Below, in pieces: positions 1 to 13,014 of a DNA stretch of 64,000 nt. Below the pieces are notes generated by a model. That model worked only from the letters and a program-made list of their open reading frames with translations, had not been told where the DNA came from and ran no database searches. Location: assembly GCA_965285935.1 (NCBI GenBank), contig OZ260666.1, forward strand, positions 35,712,001-35,776,000, read 5' to 3'. Positions within the stretch are counted from its first letter, which is position 1. Every line of letters starts with the position of its first letter. The stretch comes from Ophelia neglecta. Taxonomy: Eukaryota. Made by a program: the position numbers and the translations under genes.

Positions 1-1758
1 TGTGAGATTAACGTGCTGTGATTACAACGATAAAGATGTTGCCCGGAGTAGTAAAAAATATATTTAAGCAGTGGGAAGCAAAGACAAGATTAATGCTATC
101 GGAAATGATTACACATCATTTTTCCCTGCAAAGAACACAGTAGAATCATATCAACAAACTAATTTGAGTCTATGTCCGGAAGCAATTGCTCGCATTGTAT
201 TTGCTGAGAGGTCTTATGTTTGGCTGCTTAATTGATCATGCTCATTTACAAGCAGAGACTTATTTACTGACCTAAAAACATCAGAGTGTATCTCAAATAC
301 TACATTGCAAAGCCGGCTCTGCTTCAACAAATGGGCTCCACACGCCAAGAATTTCGATTGATATGGCGACACACAGGCCAGTCAGGTTTTTTCAGAAAGC
401 TGACCCATATGGTTCCATTTACAATGTACGTCATTTTGAATGCATATAGCAAGGTGTGGTATTCTAGGTGTATGGTCTTCCCAACAACTCTCCACTGTCC
501 CATGGTGAACCATCGTGTCTCCTGATGCTCTATATGCCTAGTTATATACGGGAGCTGATTTCCCCGAACTCAGCAGCTCGGTTACTTCGCTCCTCGCAGG
601 CAGGAAGTCCTATGCTCTCTGTACCTGGGAGGCCTCGCATAAGGCACATGGACATGCATAATATTCTGCATAATGATCAGTTAGCTATATTTAGGCTTTT
701 ATATGTGGCGAAAAGATTGGGAATCTCTCATCCACCACCTCTATTTCACTTTCGGCACTGAACACGGTCCGTGGGAAAGTGCATGAATATATATGTCTAG
801 AAACGAGATCGCTATCTGAAGAAATTCTACTAGCTGCCCTCTAGATACTGATAGCATAAATAAACGAGGTAAGGCGAGATGGGCAGTCTATACGGCCTAT
901 GCTGTTTTAAGACGGGGCGAACCGTTCATTCTTGTTGGCCAGCACATTGTATTTCATAAAAGTGCCTTTTTAGCAACATTTTCTACAAACGTTGAATAAT
1001 AATCTAAATTTCTAAATAACCACACGAGTGGCTTGAATAGGAGTTTCTCTCATTGTTGGCCATACTATACGGCTCAAACACTAATCATCGCCATAGATGG
1101 CACACATACATGTACCAGGTCGGGTGCTTTCACGCAGCAATTATAGTAAATTCACCTTCATTTTACAACCTACGCCATGCCGCGGATATCCCACACACAT
1201 GGTGAAGATCCGATCAATGACTGAATACTTAGTTGTCTGTCTCATTGGAATTCATCTGTTGAACGACTCTATTGCCTAATTGGTTTGTCTGTAAATCAAG
1301 TAAATTCACATATGGCATTTTACTAAAATAAACTTGAAATAACTGCAACCAGTAGGTACTGATCCTGTGAGAATTAAACTCAATATAGCATTGACTAAAA
1401 TTATCTAGATAAAGCATGCTTGACAGTTTTGCAACAGTTCTTTGTATTCCTTTTTTGGTTAATTCGCGGAAAATTGCTATGGATACAAGTTATTTATCCT
1501 ATCATTCTAATTCTAGGAGCCGTGTGTATCTGCTTCTTACTGATGTAACATCATTTGTTGCATATGCCCTTTTCCAGTCCTAAAAAAGCACGCCTGGTTG
1601 CTTTGCTTATTTTGTAGAGTTAATTTTGGTATGTCCTGCCTTTGTTCTTTATACACATCTATCCTGCACAGCCTGTAACTAATGCCTCGCCGAAAGAATA
1701 CTGCATGACTTTATAAAAGCGCATTAACTAAATCAATGTTTTTGTTTATATTTTTCAG

Positions 1759-4056
1759 GTCTTTCCATTTACATTAGTATATAATCAAGCTATGGTGATC
1801 ACTCATGCAGGGGAAACGGTGCAGGCCTTATTTGGGACCAAATCATTGGCAGGACAGGGTATCAACGACAAGTTCATTCTCAGACGGCCTCAGCTGGAGT
1901 TTACATGGCAAAACGTAGGTGAATCAGTCCCTCCACAACAGGACCCTCATTCCCTGAATAACAGAAGTGGATAGCTGCAGACAATTCAAATTCGTAGATG
2001 AGAATGAAGAAGATTATACGCTCTTTCGTCTAACGAAGAGGAGGTTTTGCCTATTTGGTGGGGTTGGGGGGCCCACTGGGACATTGAGTGGAACGAGGTT
2101 CATACCCGCTACCTGCTATATTCATTTTCCTCTTCGAAATTCCTAGAATTACCCTGCCCCACTCACGACTCTTAATCTCTCCCCGGTAGAATACAGCCAG
2201 GCTGTCTACTCTATTACAGATTTGTTGGGATATTGGAAGGCATTTTTATTAAAGCTGGGGGATTCACAAGAGACCAAGAAAAGGCCCCAGTAGTTAAAAG
2301 CCGATCCTTTTAGTTCTTCCACACAATGGAAACGGAATGGAAATCAAACCCCACTGCTCAATATTACTTTAATATTTGGCTATTCCATAAGAGGTGCCAT
2401 AATATTTGGTTATTTCGGATTAATGATTATGCATATTCTGCAGGATAGACACTCCTGTTATTCACTGTATGCAACCGGGACCTGAGAAATTTCCATATAC
2501 ATAAAGATTTTTGCATGGAAAGGATTCACATTTATCTTTTTCTTTCAATACATTCGTCTTCTAGTTCAAGGCTTATAGACTTTCATATGACACCATAAAC
2601 TCTGCTGCATTATCGCCATAGACATATGACCATAGCAGCTTCAAGGGCACGCCTTATTTCCTGATGCCCTCCATAAATTGTCACCTTAAGCCTAGATGAA
2701 GTACCCAGTGTCTCCCTGACATGTATATCACCTGTGTAATGAGACCTGCCAGCACTCAGACACAACTAATAAATCAAAATTGAATAATGGGCTGTTTTGC
2801 CGGCCTGAGCATGTTAAAGCTTTCTCAAGTAATATATCATAGCATTACTCAAATTTCTTCAAGAGAATAGCACGAACCATTGAATTTCATAATCAAGAAA
2901 TACCATTTAAATAGAGAAACTTTCGATATTGAACTGCATGCTAACATGGACCCTCGACAATGTATAAGCGTTGAGAAATCTTCCCTTACTTTCCATATAT
3001 TTCGCCTCTGTCTAGGTATTGTGCCTTCAGAAAGTGATCTTTGAGCTGGAGTCGGTTGACATGCTGAGACGTCAGACTTGTTGTGACAAACACAATTGTC
3101 AGTGTGGAAGCTCATTAAAGGCCACACGTACCGTGTTGCTTAAAGGGCAAATGAGATACATCCCAAGTCTCAATGGCGTCGCATTTCTGTGTGCCCCACT
3201 GTAAGTTATTAAATCTATTCCGTGGTCCCACAGATATGTTATATGAGTTGTGTTTATCACTGAGAGCTTTCCTATAAACAGTAACTGGGAGGCTGAAAAA
3301 GAACGACGTGACTGAGGAAAGAAACGCGAAAAACGATTAAATATTTATGGCAGGTGGCCATATACTTAAGCCTGGCAGTCTGTTATAAAAAAAACAATAT
3401 GTGTTTGGAAAGGAGTTCGGCGGGCTGTGTGTTTACGGCGAAAGCGAAAGCTTCGGCGAAAGCCGAATGGCCTCTTAAATTGAGATAATATGAACACAAT
3501 TATAACCCTACCCTTACCTATTTATATCAAAAACAAAAATGAGATGTCTGGGTTAGGGTTGGGTTATAAAATAACTGATATTTTTTTATTATTGTGTCAC
3601 CGATGCTGGTTTCGCCGAAGCTTTCGCTTACGCCGTTAACACAAAGCCAGTTCATCGACCTTAAAAAATATTTAAAAATCTGAAACCAAAAAAGTATTTG
3701 TCTGCCTTTTTAATCCAGCAATGGTTAGTGAACCAATAGGTTTTTTTCACTGAGCAAATTCAGTATCACACAGGCACCCTCCGTGATAAAGATACACCAT
3801 ATAGGACTAGTTATATGTCTGTTGATAACACTTTTAATGGAGAAATCATGAGCATACGTTGTATTTAAAAGAAAATAAACCTTTGCCGTTGTTACTATGC
3901 CTAAATAACATCTTGTTTGGCTCTAGAATAAGTAATCTTGAGGAGATGCAGACATTGGGACTGTACATTCACGATCTCAACATGTATGACAGCAGTCGAG
4001 ACATGGTAATGGCAGGATGGCAACACGCCTCCCGCTTGGAATACTCCATCGAAAAG
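1759..4056 (+). CDS. sGC exons encoding the H-NOBA/PAS domain (1759-1914, 3016-3200, 3927-4056)
   Basis: [18 protein letters not shown]...[14 protein letters not shown] / [13 protein letters not shown]...[10 protein letters not shown]...FLCAPL / [33 protein letters not shown]; canonical splice sites with matching phases. Confidence 0.93.
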
Positions 4057-7000
4057 GTGAACCTCTATAGCTGTACGCTTTATCAAATGGTTGGTAAGCA
4101 AAATATGTTAATTAACTGACTGGTTCCGTAAGTCGATTGTTTTTGCCGTTGCTGTGGTAGATATATTATTTTTATTATATATAATATATATTATATATTA
4201 TCTACAGTACAGAAAACGGGAGGGGATACCTCGCAGACAAAACACAATCATTAATATAAAATATTCAATTATTTCGGCGAGAGAAATCATGGGGAACCTG
4301 CTGCTACAGGCACACATACGCAATCCCCAGTTTCCTAAAAATAAATAGGTTTTTAAAGCAAATAAAAGAATAAAGTATAAAAACATAAAGTTGATACCAC
4401 TTGCAATGACGATTGATAGTTAATTTTCAACGTTGCGAGTCACAGCACAATACAAACTAATCAGGTGTTAAATTACGACAAAAATGAAATAATCCCGAAG
4501 GAATTCTAAGCTCTCCCATAATTATAGAGACTGAAAAAGGAATTGTTCAATTAACACAAGAAAAACAGGGGTGGAAAAGGTCCCAGCATACTTAAGACGA
4601 AAATGGTATTTAATCTCCTAGATATTGCATAGAACGATACAAGAGAGTTTAGTATATATTATATAAATGTATATAAAGGCACCAGTTGCTCCTGTTTTGC
4701 CACAATTTAATCGAACAAAGTTAATGGAATATTCTTGACTAATTATTTTTTTGTCTGCCGGGGATTCACTCCTGTTTTATTTTTCAAGCTGTACGGCACG
4801 TTTGTCGTATGGAAGAACCATTTTAATTTGACTGTAGTAGCGGTTTGATAAGTAAGTTTATTCACATGTCATGGGTTTTTTTAGTGAATGGCAATAAGAT
4901 ATTTCGTTGAGCTATTCAAACGTTACTATGTTCAGCTGGGCAATGAACTACATAACATCTGAAAGGAATTACTCATGAGCTGCTTGCTTTTTTGGGTACA
5001 TGCACATCTATAAGCTGGTAATCATACCCTCAATGCTGATGTTTTGGGGTACTTATCGGGACTAAATTGCTAGGACTAATGCAAGCAACAGACTTTCACT
5101 ACGTTTTTGGCTTTATGATATCCACTGAAGGTTTTTACACAGAATCCAGGCGTTTTTTTTTATTGCTGGGAATGAATGATGCGTACTTGTTGTCAAACTT
5201 TGTAATCTCCAGTAAAATAATGCTAATTTGAAATAGAGCATAGCGTTCGAATAGCCCGTCGTCGTTGGGGATTTTCCAGAATGGCTCCAACGATAATCCT
5301 CTTGACTGTTATAATGAGAGCGCCTCAAAGCTGATCCATCTAACCGGTTAACCAATAACTTAACATTGATTATTTTTCACTGCTTTGAAGTAAAACATAT
5401 CATCTCTTTGTCCTAGCAAATAGAAAAGAGCAAGCAAATCGCTGAAAATCTGCGTATGTTGGACGAGTGGCGTCGGCGAAGTGACGACCTGTTGTATTCG
5501 ATGATTCCGCGTCAGATTGCTCTCCGGCTGAAAAATGGAGAGGATCCGATCAACACCTGTGAGGTAATTACTAATAAGCTTTTGAATGCCGACATCAATT
5601 ATGATTGTGAATCAAGCAAGTTCTTGAAATGTTGTGAGGCATCACCTGATGACACAGACCTCCATGTCAAGGCAGGAGGAGAGTAAAGGTCCCCACTTCA
5701 CAGCTATTTGAATCCAATCATCTAGAATTTGGTGCTCATTTTACAACTTAAGCTTTGTATTTACCTTCGGTTGAAAAGGTCTAGATCTTTGGGTGGGAGA
5801 ATTGTATTACACTTTTTTTTTTTATAAAAACAGTTTCAGCAAACGGAAAAGATGAGTTAACATACTTCTGTACATGTAGCGGAACTGATTTTGAACGTTA
5901 CGTCATGTTCGTCGCGTATCCTCCTTGAATCCCGAAACCAAAAACACCCCTCAAACGGATATGTTCCCTACAGGTGGTGCTCATTTTCACTGTTCAGCGG
6001 GGATGACGTGACAACCGCCAAACTGACTCTTATCAAAATTAGACTTTTCGAAAAGTAAAAATCTTACGCAAAAAGTCTTACGCCTCTGCACTCTCTTGAT
6101 ATTAAACTTAGTTTCTTGGGAAATTTATTTTAATGAGTGAACATATGTTGTTATTTTTAACATTAGTTAGAGATCTTGAGTGAGTCAATACATTAGTTTG
6201 CTGCATGGTGGTATAGTGTAGAAAAAGAAGTATACGATGTATTAGATGTATTTTCTATTATGTTGATATCCCTTTTCTTAATTTTTGTTTTCCATTTTGG
6301 AGAACAGTCCATTCTGTTGCTCTTAACTTTGCACTTGGTAATACATGAAATATGACTCTACTCATTTTGGTACCGTATTTAACAGTCTTCTATTGTGTTG
6401 TTAATAAATGCAGGCTTGTCAATTTTACGATTATGGGTTCATTGGCAATTTCTCACAATAATGGGAATGTTCAATATAAATACCATCCACACACTGAAAT
6501 CGACACAAATGCCTTGATTTATACAGACGGTGGAAGTCCCTTTCTCTCTTGGCCTCCTAATAGTCACTTTAGTTATCCATCAGACAAACTCTCTATCCAT
6601 TAGCACATCTCTGATCAACTTGCACAATTTGCACTATCTGTCCAACTCAGTTTCCATAGTATGGTAATGGACAGTACTACACTACCAATGTCTAGATATG
6701 GTGTCCAAAAGGAGGTGCCATGTAGTCAAGCATTGTGCATTGCTATTCTGATGAACCGCTATACTAAATCCCGAAATGTAAGCACACAACCAAAATGGTA
6801 TACTGTAAATTCCAGGTAATGATCTCGTTTTTTTATTCCAAATCATAGACTGTGTCTTGTTTACGGCAATCCGTTGTGGCTTCAATTAGTTTAGACACAA
6901 TAATAATAATTTAAGTAAATTTCCTGACACACAAGTGACGTTCAAAAAATGTCCCATCTAGTTATTCGGTAAAAGAATTCTGCGTGACAGAAACCCAATG

Positions 7001-10000
7001 TGGGTTCGCATGAAAGTTATTTGCATTTTTTCGGGCTTTCCTCTGGCTTTAAATTGATCAAATAGACCATACTTTTCAGTATTTGTCCTTTTATTCCTAC
7101 TTTTTTTATTATGCATTTAGAAAAATCTGTTGATAGGTATAATAGCAGTCGGTATGTTATCATGATATTTTCGGGGAAATGACTGCCTCTTTCGAGACAA
7201 TATCCAGTTATTGAATTATTGTCTTATTATCCTCTTATCACTAACGCTAGGTTTGTGTAGTTGTGTATAATATGTTGTTAAGCATAAGTACAGCCATAAG
7301 ACGGTACTAGATTGATATCTACATAACCAGTTGTCCTCATCACCCGCCTAAGCATTTTCCCCATACTATGGGAAAGTCAACGTTCCTAAATTGGCCATGA
7401 TTCCTCCTATATTAAGTATTAAGATGGTTGAGGCAGCCATGATCAAAGTCACCTTGGAAGACGAGAATAAGGTGAAGCCATGCTTTCTGATAAAAGAATT
7501 TATCAATGGTGATAGATTCTGCAATTTCATTAAAATCAAATCAAGCATTCGTACCGATATGAAATAATCTGACACTGGATCTTTAATTCTTCCCTAGCTG
7601 AGGCTTTTGAGCCATTTTCAATAAGGGGCTGACCTAATGTTGCTCCTGTCGTCGGTTTCCTGCCCTCTCTGTAACTGAGCGTTTACTTTATTGAAAGACG
7701 GCTGCAAATAGCTCTTGCAATAAAGTGACAAGCACTGGAATACTGTCATATCAGGAGCTAGTCAGTGCAGTATTATATGACTTCGGTGGCCTACACCCGC
7801 TTTTCGTCATTTTGTCTGTGCATTTATGTCAACCCTTGTCACAAGTTAATCTAGAAAATAAATTAATTGGTATTTGATTTTGAACATTGATCCCATAATT
7901 TGATTCGTTTTATCTATTCCTCTCGCTTCAGTGAATCGCTGATAGTTTCTTCGTGTTAGTGCAAATTGTAAGCCAGTACCTAATGTGGTGCGTGATGAAT
8001 GGTCCTGCTGCACAACGGGCTTTGTGTTTTATTAAAAAAAAAAAACAGAAAAACTCGTTACTTTATTGTTTAAAGGTTCCCTTACTATTACGAAAATTTG
8101 CTGCTTAGAAATAATTTATCTGAAGACTAATGGTTAGAAATGACCAACGAATAATTTGTTATAACTTGTTATCTTAAGTATAAAACATATATTTTACTTT
8201 CAGATAATACGCCAAAAACAAAAAGAGTTTACTCTAATCAGAATTCATAGATATAGTGACTTTTTATTACAGGTATTTGATCAAGTCACTATCATGTTCA
8301 GCTATTTGATTCACTTCAATGACATGTGTGCCAACATTCCCGCCTTGAGTCTGGTGGAATCTATTAACTCAGTGTTTACCGTCTTTGACGCAGTCATCGA
8401 CAAATACGATGTTTTTAAGGTAATCTATGCATATTTGATTTGTCACGACGTTCTATTAATACTTTTACATTTATTTGTGAATCTACCATGCCTGTGCATG
8501 TGCACTGATCGAATTCACACTTTGAGACAATTGCCTAGACACAGAACAAATCTTTGCATATAAGCAAATGGAAAGGGAAAATTGGATGTGACTCTTTCAT
8601 TAGCCGCTATTATCACCAAGAAAATGGAAGATGGTGTCAATATTGGATTGCACATTCTTGACATGGCACATTTGGTGCCTTATATTAAGTGTCTAGGGGC
8701 CAGGTTTAAGTCACGTATTCTTTTCTTGCTAAACGCGCTTTTTATTATAAAATAAATGCGGTGTTAACTGAGGGCGGAGTTATTTTGCACACGTTTTAGA
8801 GTCCTTTTTGCGTGTATCATCCTGCCATCCCCTCCCCCCTACCCCCCCCCCCCCAGCCATAGCCACTACCTTCACCACTTCCACCCCCGGATAAGCTACC
8901 TAGGTATGTGACGCCGAGCTTAAGCTCACAGCTGGAGTGTTGTTACTCCGATTGCTGGGCACTGATTGCTAGCCTTGCATATAGAACATGAATGGTTTGC
9001 ACTTTTTATGTTTTTGTGAACAGCGTTGTGGTTGAAAGGTTTGCAATTAATTGCCAACACGTGTGTCTAGATAAACTTGAGTATTTTATATGCCAAGGAA
9101 TGAAATGAATATGGTTTGGAGCATTTTTTTCTAAACAAGACCGGTGTAATTTGTAAGAATACTTCGAAACAACGACATGGAAGTGCTTTTTGCGATGCCT
9201 TTGGGATCGCCTTAGGCAGGTTGTTGAAATAAGATTTATTATCCCTCCCCTCTGGGATTTTGCAAATTCCAGTGGCACCCATTGGGAGGGAATAGGTCAG
9301 TCAAGTTCAATCAATCAAATTAATTTAATCAATCAAAGTAGAATAGTTTTAAGCCTTTCTTCCCTTGCTTGTTAAAAAACAGAACCTTGGATGGTGTTTG
9401 TATGTCTGGATAAGCTTAATTCAATTTAAATAATTGTATCCTGGGAGAGTACAACCAGAAGCTTGAATCTAAACGAACGATTAAACGATCAATGACCACA
9501 GAGCCGGCTTTGATATTGGCTTAAAAATTACTATAGAGAGCAAATGGTGCACAGGGAAACTGTGTACCCTTAATGCATGGGAAAGCTCATTTGGTTCATC
9601 TACTATACATTAAATAAACCATTGTTGTGTCAGCAATTTGTGGTATATTGGTGTTATAAATGGAAATTTTGAAATCTAGGACATGCTGGGCGAAGGTAAA
9701 TAACAAAATAGTAATGGGAAATGAATTATAAATGATAACTAAATAAATTTTCTGATTTGTTCCTTTCATTATATATAATATGGTAAAATTGAATATGATT
9801 GTGTAATTTTCACTGATGTCGTACATTCGCTCCATTGCTCTTATTTATGTTTGTCAACTGAATGTCATGAGATGTTTAACTTGTGCCCTGGATATCACCA
9901 CAGGTGGAGACCTTGGGTGATGCCGTGTACATGGTGGCGGGCGGTGTACCAGACCGTCGCTCCAATCATGCCCGCAGTATAGCCGCAGTGGCCCTCGACC

Positions 10001-12981
10001 TAACTAACAAGGTGCCTCAGATCTGTCTACCTCATCAGGACATGCTACAGGATTTCTTACAAATACGCGTCGGTGAGAAACAGGACTAATGTCTTCTCTT
10101 TCATGACCCTTTTATAACGTTCTTAGTCGTTATTTCTTCCTCTGTGCCTCGTTATGAATCCAAAACAAGACTGCGAACAGCTGTTTCGTGACAAGTGTGA
10201 AGAGAAAGATAATGGTGCTCAGAGATTCCTTGTTTCTTTTGGTAAACAGCCATGATCTTTTACAGTGTCATTGCACCAAATTCCCTACTCGCAAAACTTT
10301 CAGGTGCTAAATTCATAATAAAGCTACGACTTGGAACAGAATAATCACTAATATTCTTATCTTATCGCACAATTTGAACATAGTACATGTGTGTTTAGAA
10401 CCAGGGTTGCTAACTGATAAACCAACGTGAAGTTGCATTACACTTTTACGAGTGAACCTGCATTACGGGGTGCAGAGTAACACACCATTACGTGAGTCAG
10501 CATGGCACGCAAATCATTGTGGGCCCAAAGATTTTCTTTTAAAACTGACCTTTCTGTACTTCAGCCAAGGGTAAGCCTTTATTGGTATTTAAAAAATCTA
10601 CCCTAAAACTACAATGGCACAAATACTTGATAAAACTGTATTTTTATAACTTATTTGCCACTGGTGTCATATTCGTCCGAGATGCAGCCTAGTTTCTATG
10701 CCACTGACGTTAGTTATTAAACCACTTAGTAAAGATCGTTAGAAGATTAATTACAAGTATAGAACAGTAGATTTGTTTGAAGGGGGTTGCAACTTAGAAT
10801 TCCCGAAATCAGACGGATTTTCGTCAACGATTTTGGTTTGTTTTTTCGATCATACACTGTTTTTGTACACTTGTATACATTTTTACGAACCTGTATTATA
10901 TTCGTTGTTATACAAACTATTAAGATTTTTATGATGGAATGCTTGAAATGACATTACTAGTTACAAATAGATTTGTTGCTGGACCCGACAAACGTCCATG
11001 AACTTAACTCTGATTGTTTCTTGTCTGTAGGTATGCACACTGGGAGTGTGGTAGCCGGAGTGGTAGGAAGGAGGATGCCGCAGTACTGTCTGTTTGGAGA
11101 CACTGTAAACACTGCCAGTCGAATGCAAACCTACAGTGAGGTAAGGCTGGAGCATGACGAATATCACGTCTGCCATCCTCGTGGTTGGCAGTTATCCATG
11201 CTCATTCTTCTCTTTTTATTAAACGTGTACTAGCAAGCTCGGAACACGGGTTCACCCAGCCCCTAACGGCCTCTTGTCCATCCAGCCGCTTATGGCTCAT
11301 ATCTCTGGTCCCTCTAACTGCTGATGGCTTAGTCCTCTGGTTCATTTAGCCGCTGTTGGTTCAGTCCTCTGGTCCATCTAGCCGCTGTTGATTCAGTCCT
11401 CTGGTCCATCTAGCCGCTGTTGGCGCAGCCCTCTGGTCCATCTAGCCGCTGTTGGCTCAGTCCTCTGGTCCATCTAGCCGCTGTTGGCTCAGTCCTCTGG
11501 TCCATCTAGCCGCTGTTGATTCAGTCCTCTGGTCCATCTGGCCGCTGTTGGCTCAGTCCTCTGGTCCATCTAGCCGCTGTTGGCTCAGTCCTCTGGTCCA
11601 TCTAGCCGCTGTTGATTCAGTCCTCTGGTCCATCTAGCCGCTGTTGGCGCAGCCCTCTGGTCCATCTAGCCGCTGTTGGCGCAGCCCTCTGGTCCATCTG
11701 GCCGCTGTTGGTTCAGTCCTCTGGTCCACCTAGTCGCTGCTAATTTATTCCTCAGCCTGGTCTTCATAGTCTTTGATGATTTAGTTCTCCTGTTCATCTA
11801 GCCGCTTATAGCTCTCTGGTACATCCCTTCTAAGCTCTTTACTATATTCATCATTTTAACATCATATTTATATTCGTCCTCACCAATACTACAATACAAA
11901 GTTATGATTTGTAATGATTATACTTAACAAAGACAAATATAGTTTATATTTAATCATTTTCTTCTCCAAAATGTGGAGTAGTATTGTGATAAGTAACAGA
12001 CTAACACTGTAACCTATCTTTGATTTAGCTGATACTACTCTAAGTTTCACAGTAGTTTCTTTAGAAAATTGACATCACCAATAAACCTCAACAACCATTA
12101 TATTGATAATTTGAATTCATATTGATTTAGTTTATGCCTCAAAACTTTAACTAGCCTATTTGGTATTGGAGAAAAAGCGGTATAAATGGTTGATTGGTAA
12201 ATGTTAAGAGTAAAAGTAGTTGTACAAGCATAGGGCCCACAGTCTGCCGGGGCAGTGGTCTCCTTGAATAAAGAAAATGACATCAATTTTTCCAAAACGG
12301 CCAGAAGAGGGAAAAAGTGTGTCGTTTTTTGATAACGTCTTTCATATACGTATATATTAATGAAACTGTCACACTTATTGCGCGTTCAATTCGCTGGGTT
12401 ACCAGTACTTGGCAAAAAGACATCTGAACTGTGTAAAAGTGAAGCTTACCACTTGGTCAGTACGGTGTCTTGGAAATAGTGTAATCTGTATGGGTGCCAA
12501 TGAACTGGGTCACCGCATCATGAAAAAACTGATCAGACGACATTGATATTCCAGACTATAAAGACATTCTATAAGGCCTATCTAGTGTGGCAATATAAGT
12601 AAAAACGGGAAGTAGGGGCGGCTCCAGAAAATTGATACAGAGTGGGGAAGTGGGCGTGGCTCAGCTCTCGGAATGAAAGACAAGCTGAAGATAGGGTGTA
12701 CACACCCACAAAGAGGGGGAGGGGGGGGGGAGATTATATTATATTATGATAGCTTGTACTGAGTTAAACCACGACACACTCAATAGGCACTGTGGTTTAA
12801 ATAAAGTTTAATAGTTGTTTTATCAACATATAGGGAAAACTTGCGTGCACGCAGGGTATAATTGTGTAATTGGGGCATATTGCATCTTATCCATGTAAAG
12901 CGCTTGTGATCGGTGTGTCCAGACTATGCCCTTTCGTATATAATAATAATAATGTTTATTATTATTATTATTGTTATTATA

Positions 12982-13014
<33 letters not shown>

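Noticed and set aside
150-790. Possible decayed L1/Tx1-type LINE ORF2 remnant on the minus strand (GG..IPNL-like motif)
   Set aside because: Too degenerate to support by eye.
11280-11810. CRISPR-like array (32-bp repeat) and ORF 11452-11637
   Set aside because: Units are head-to-tail with no unique spacers, there are no cas genes, and the context is a eukaryotic intron. The ORF is a by-product of the repeat.
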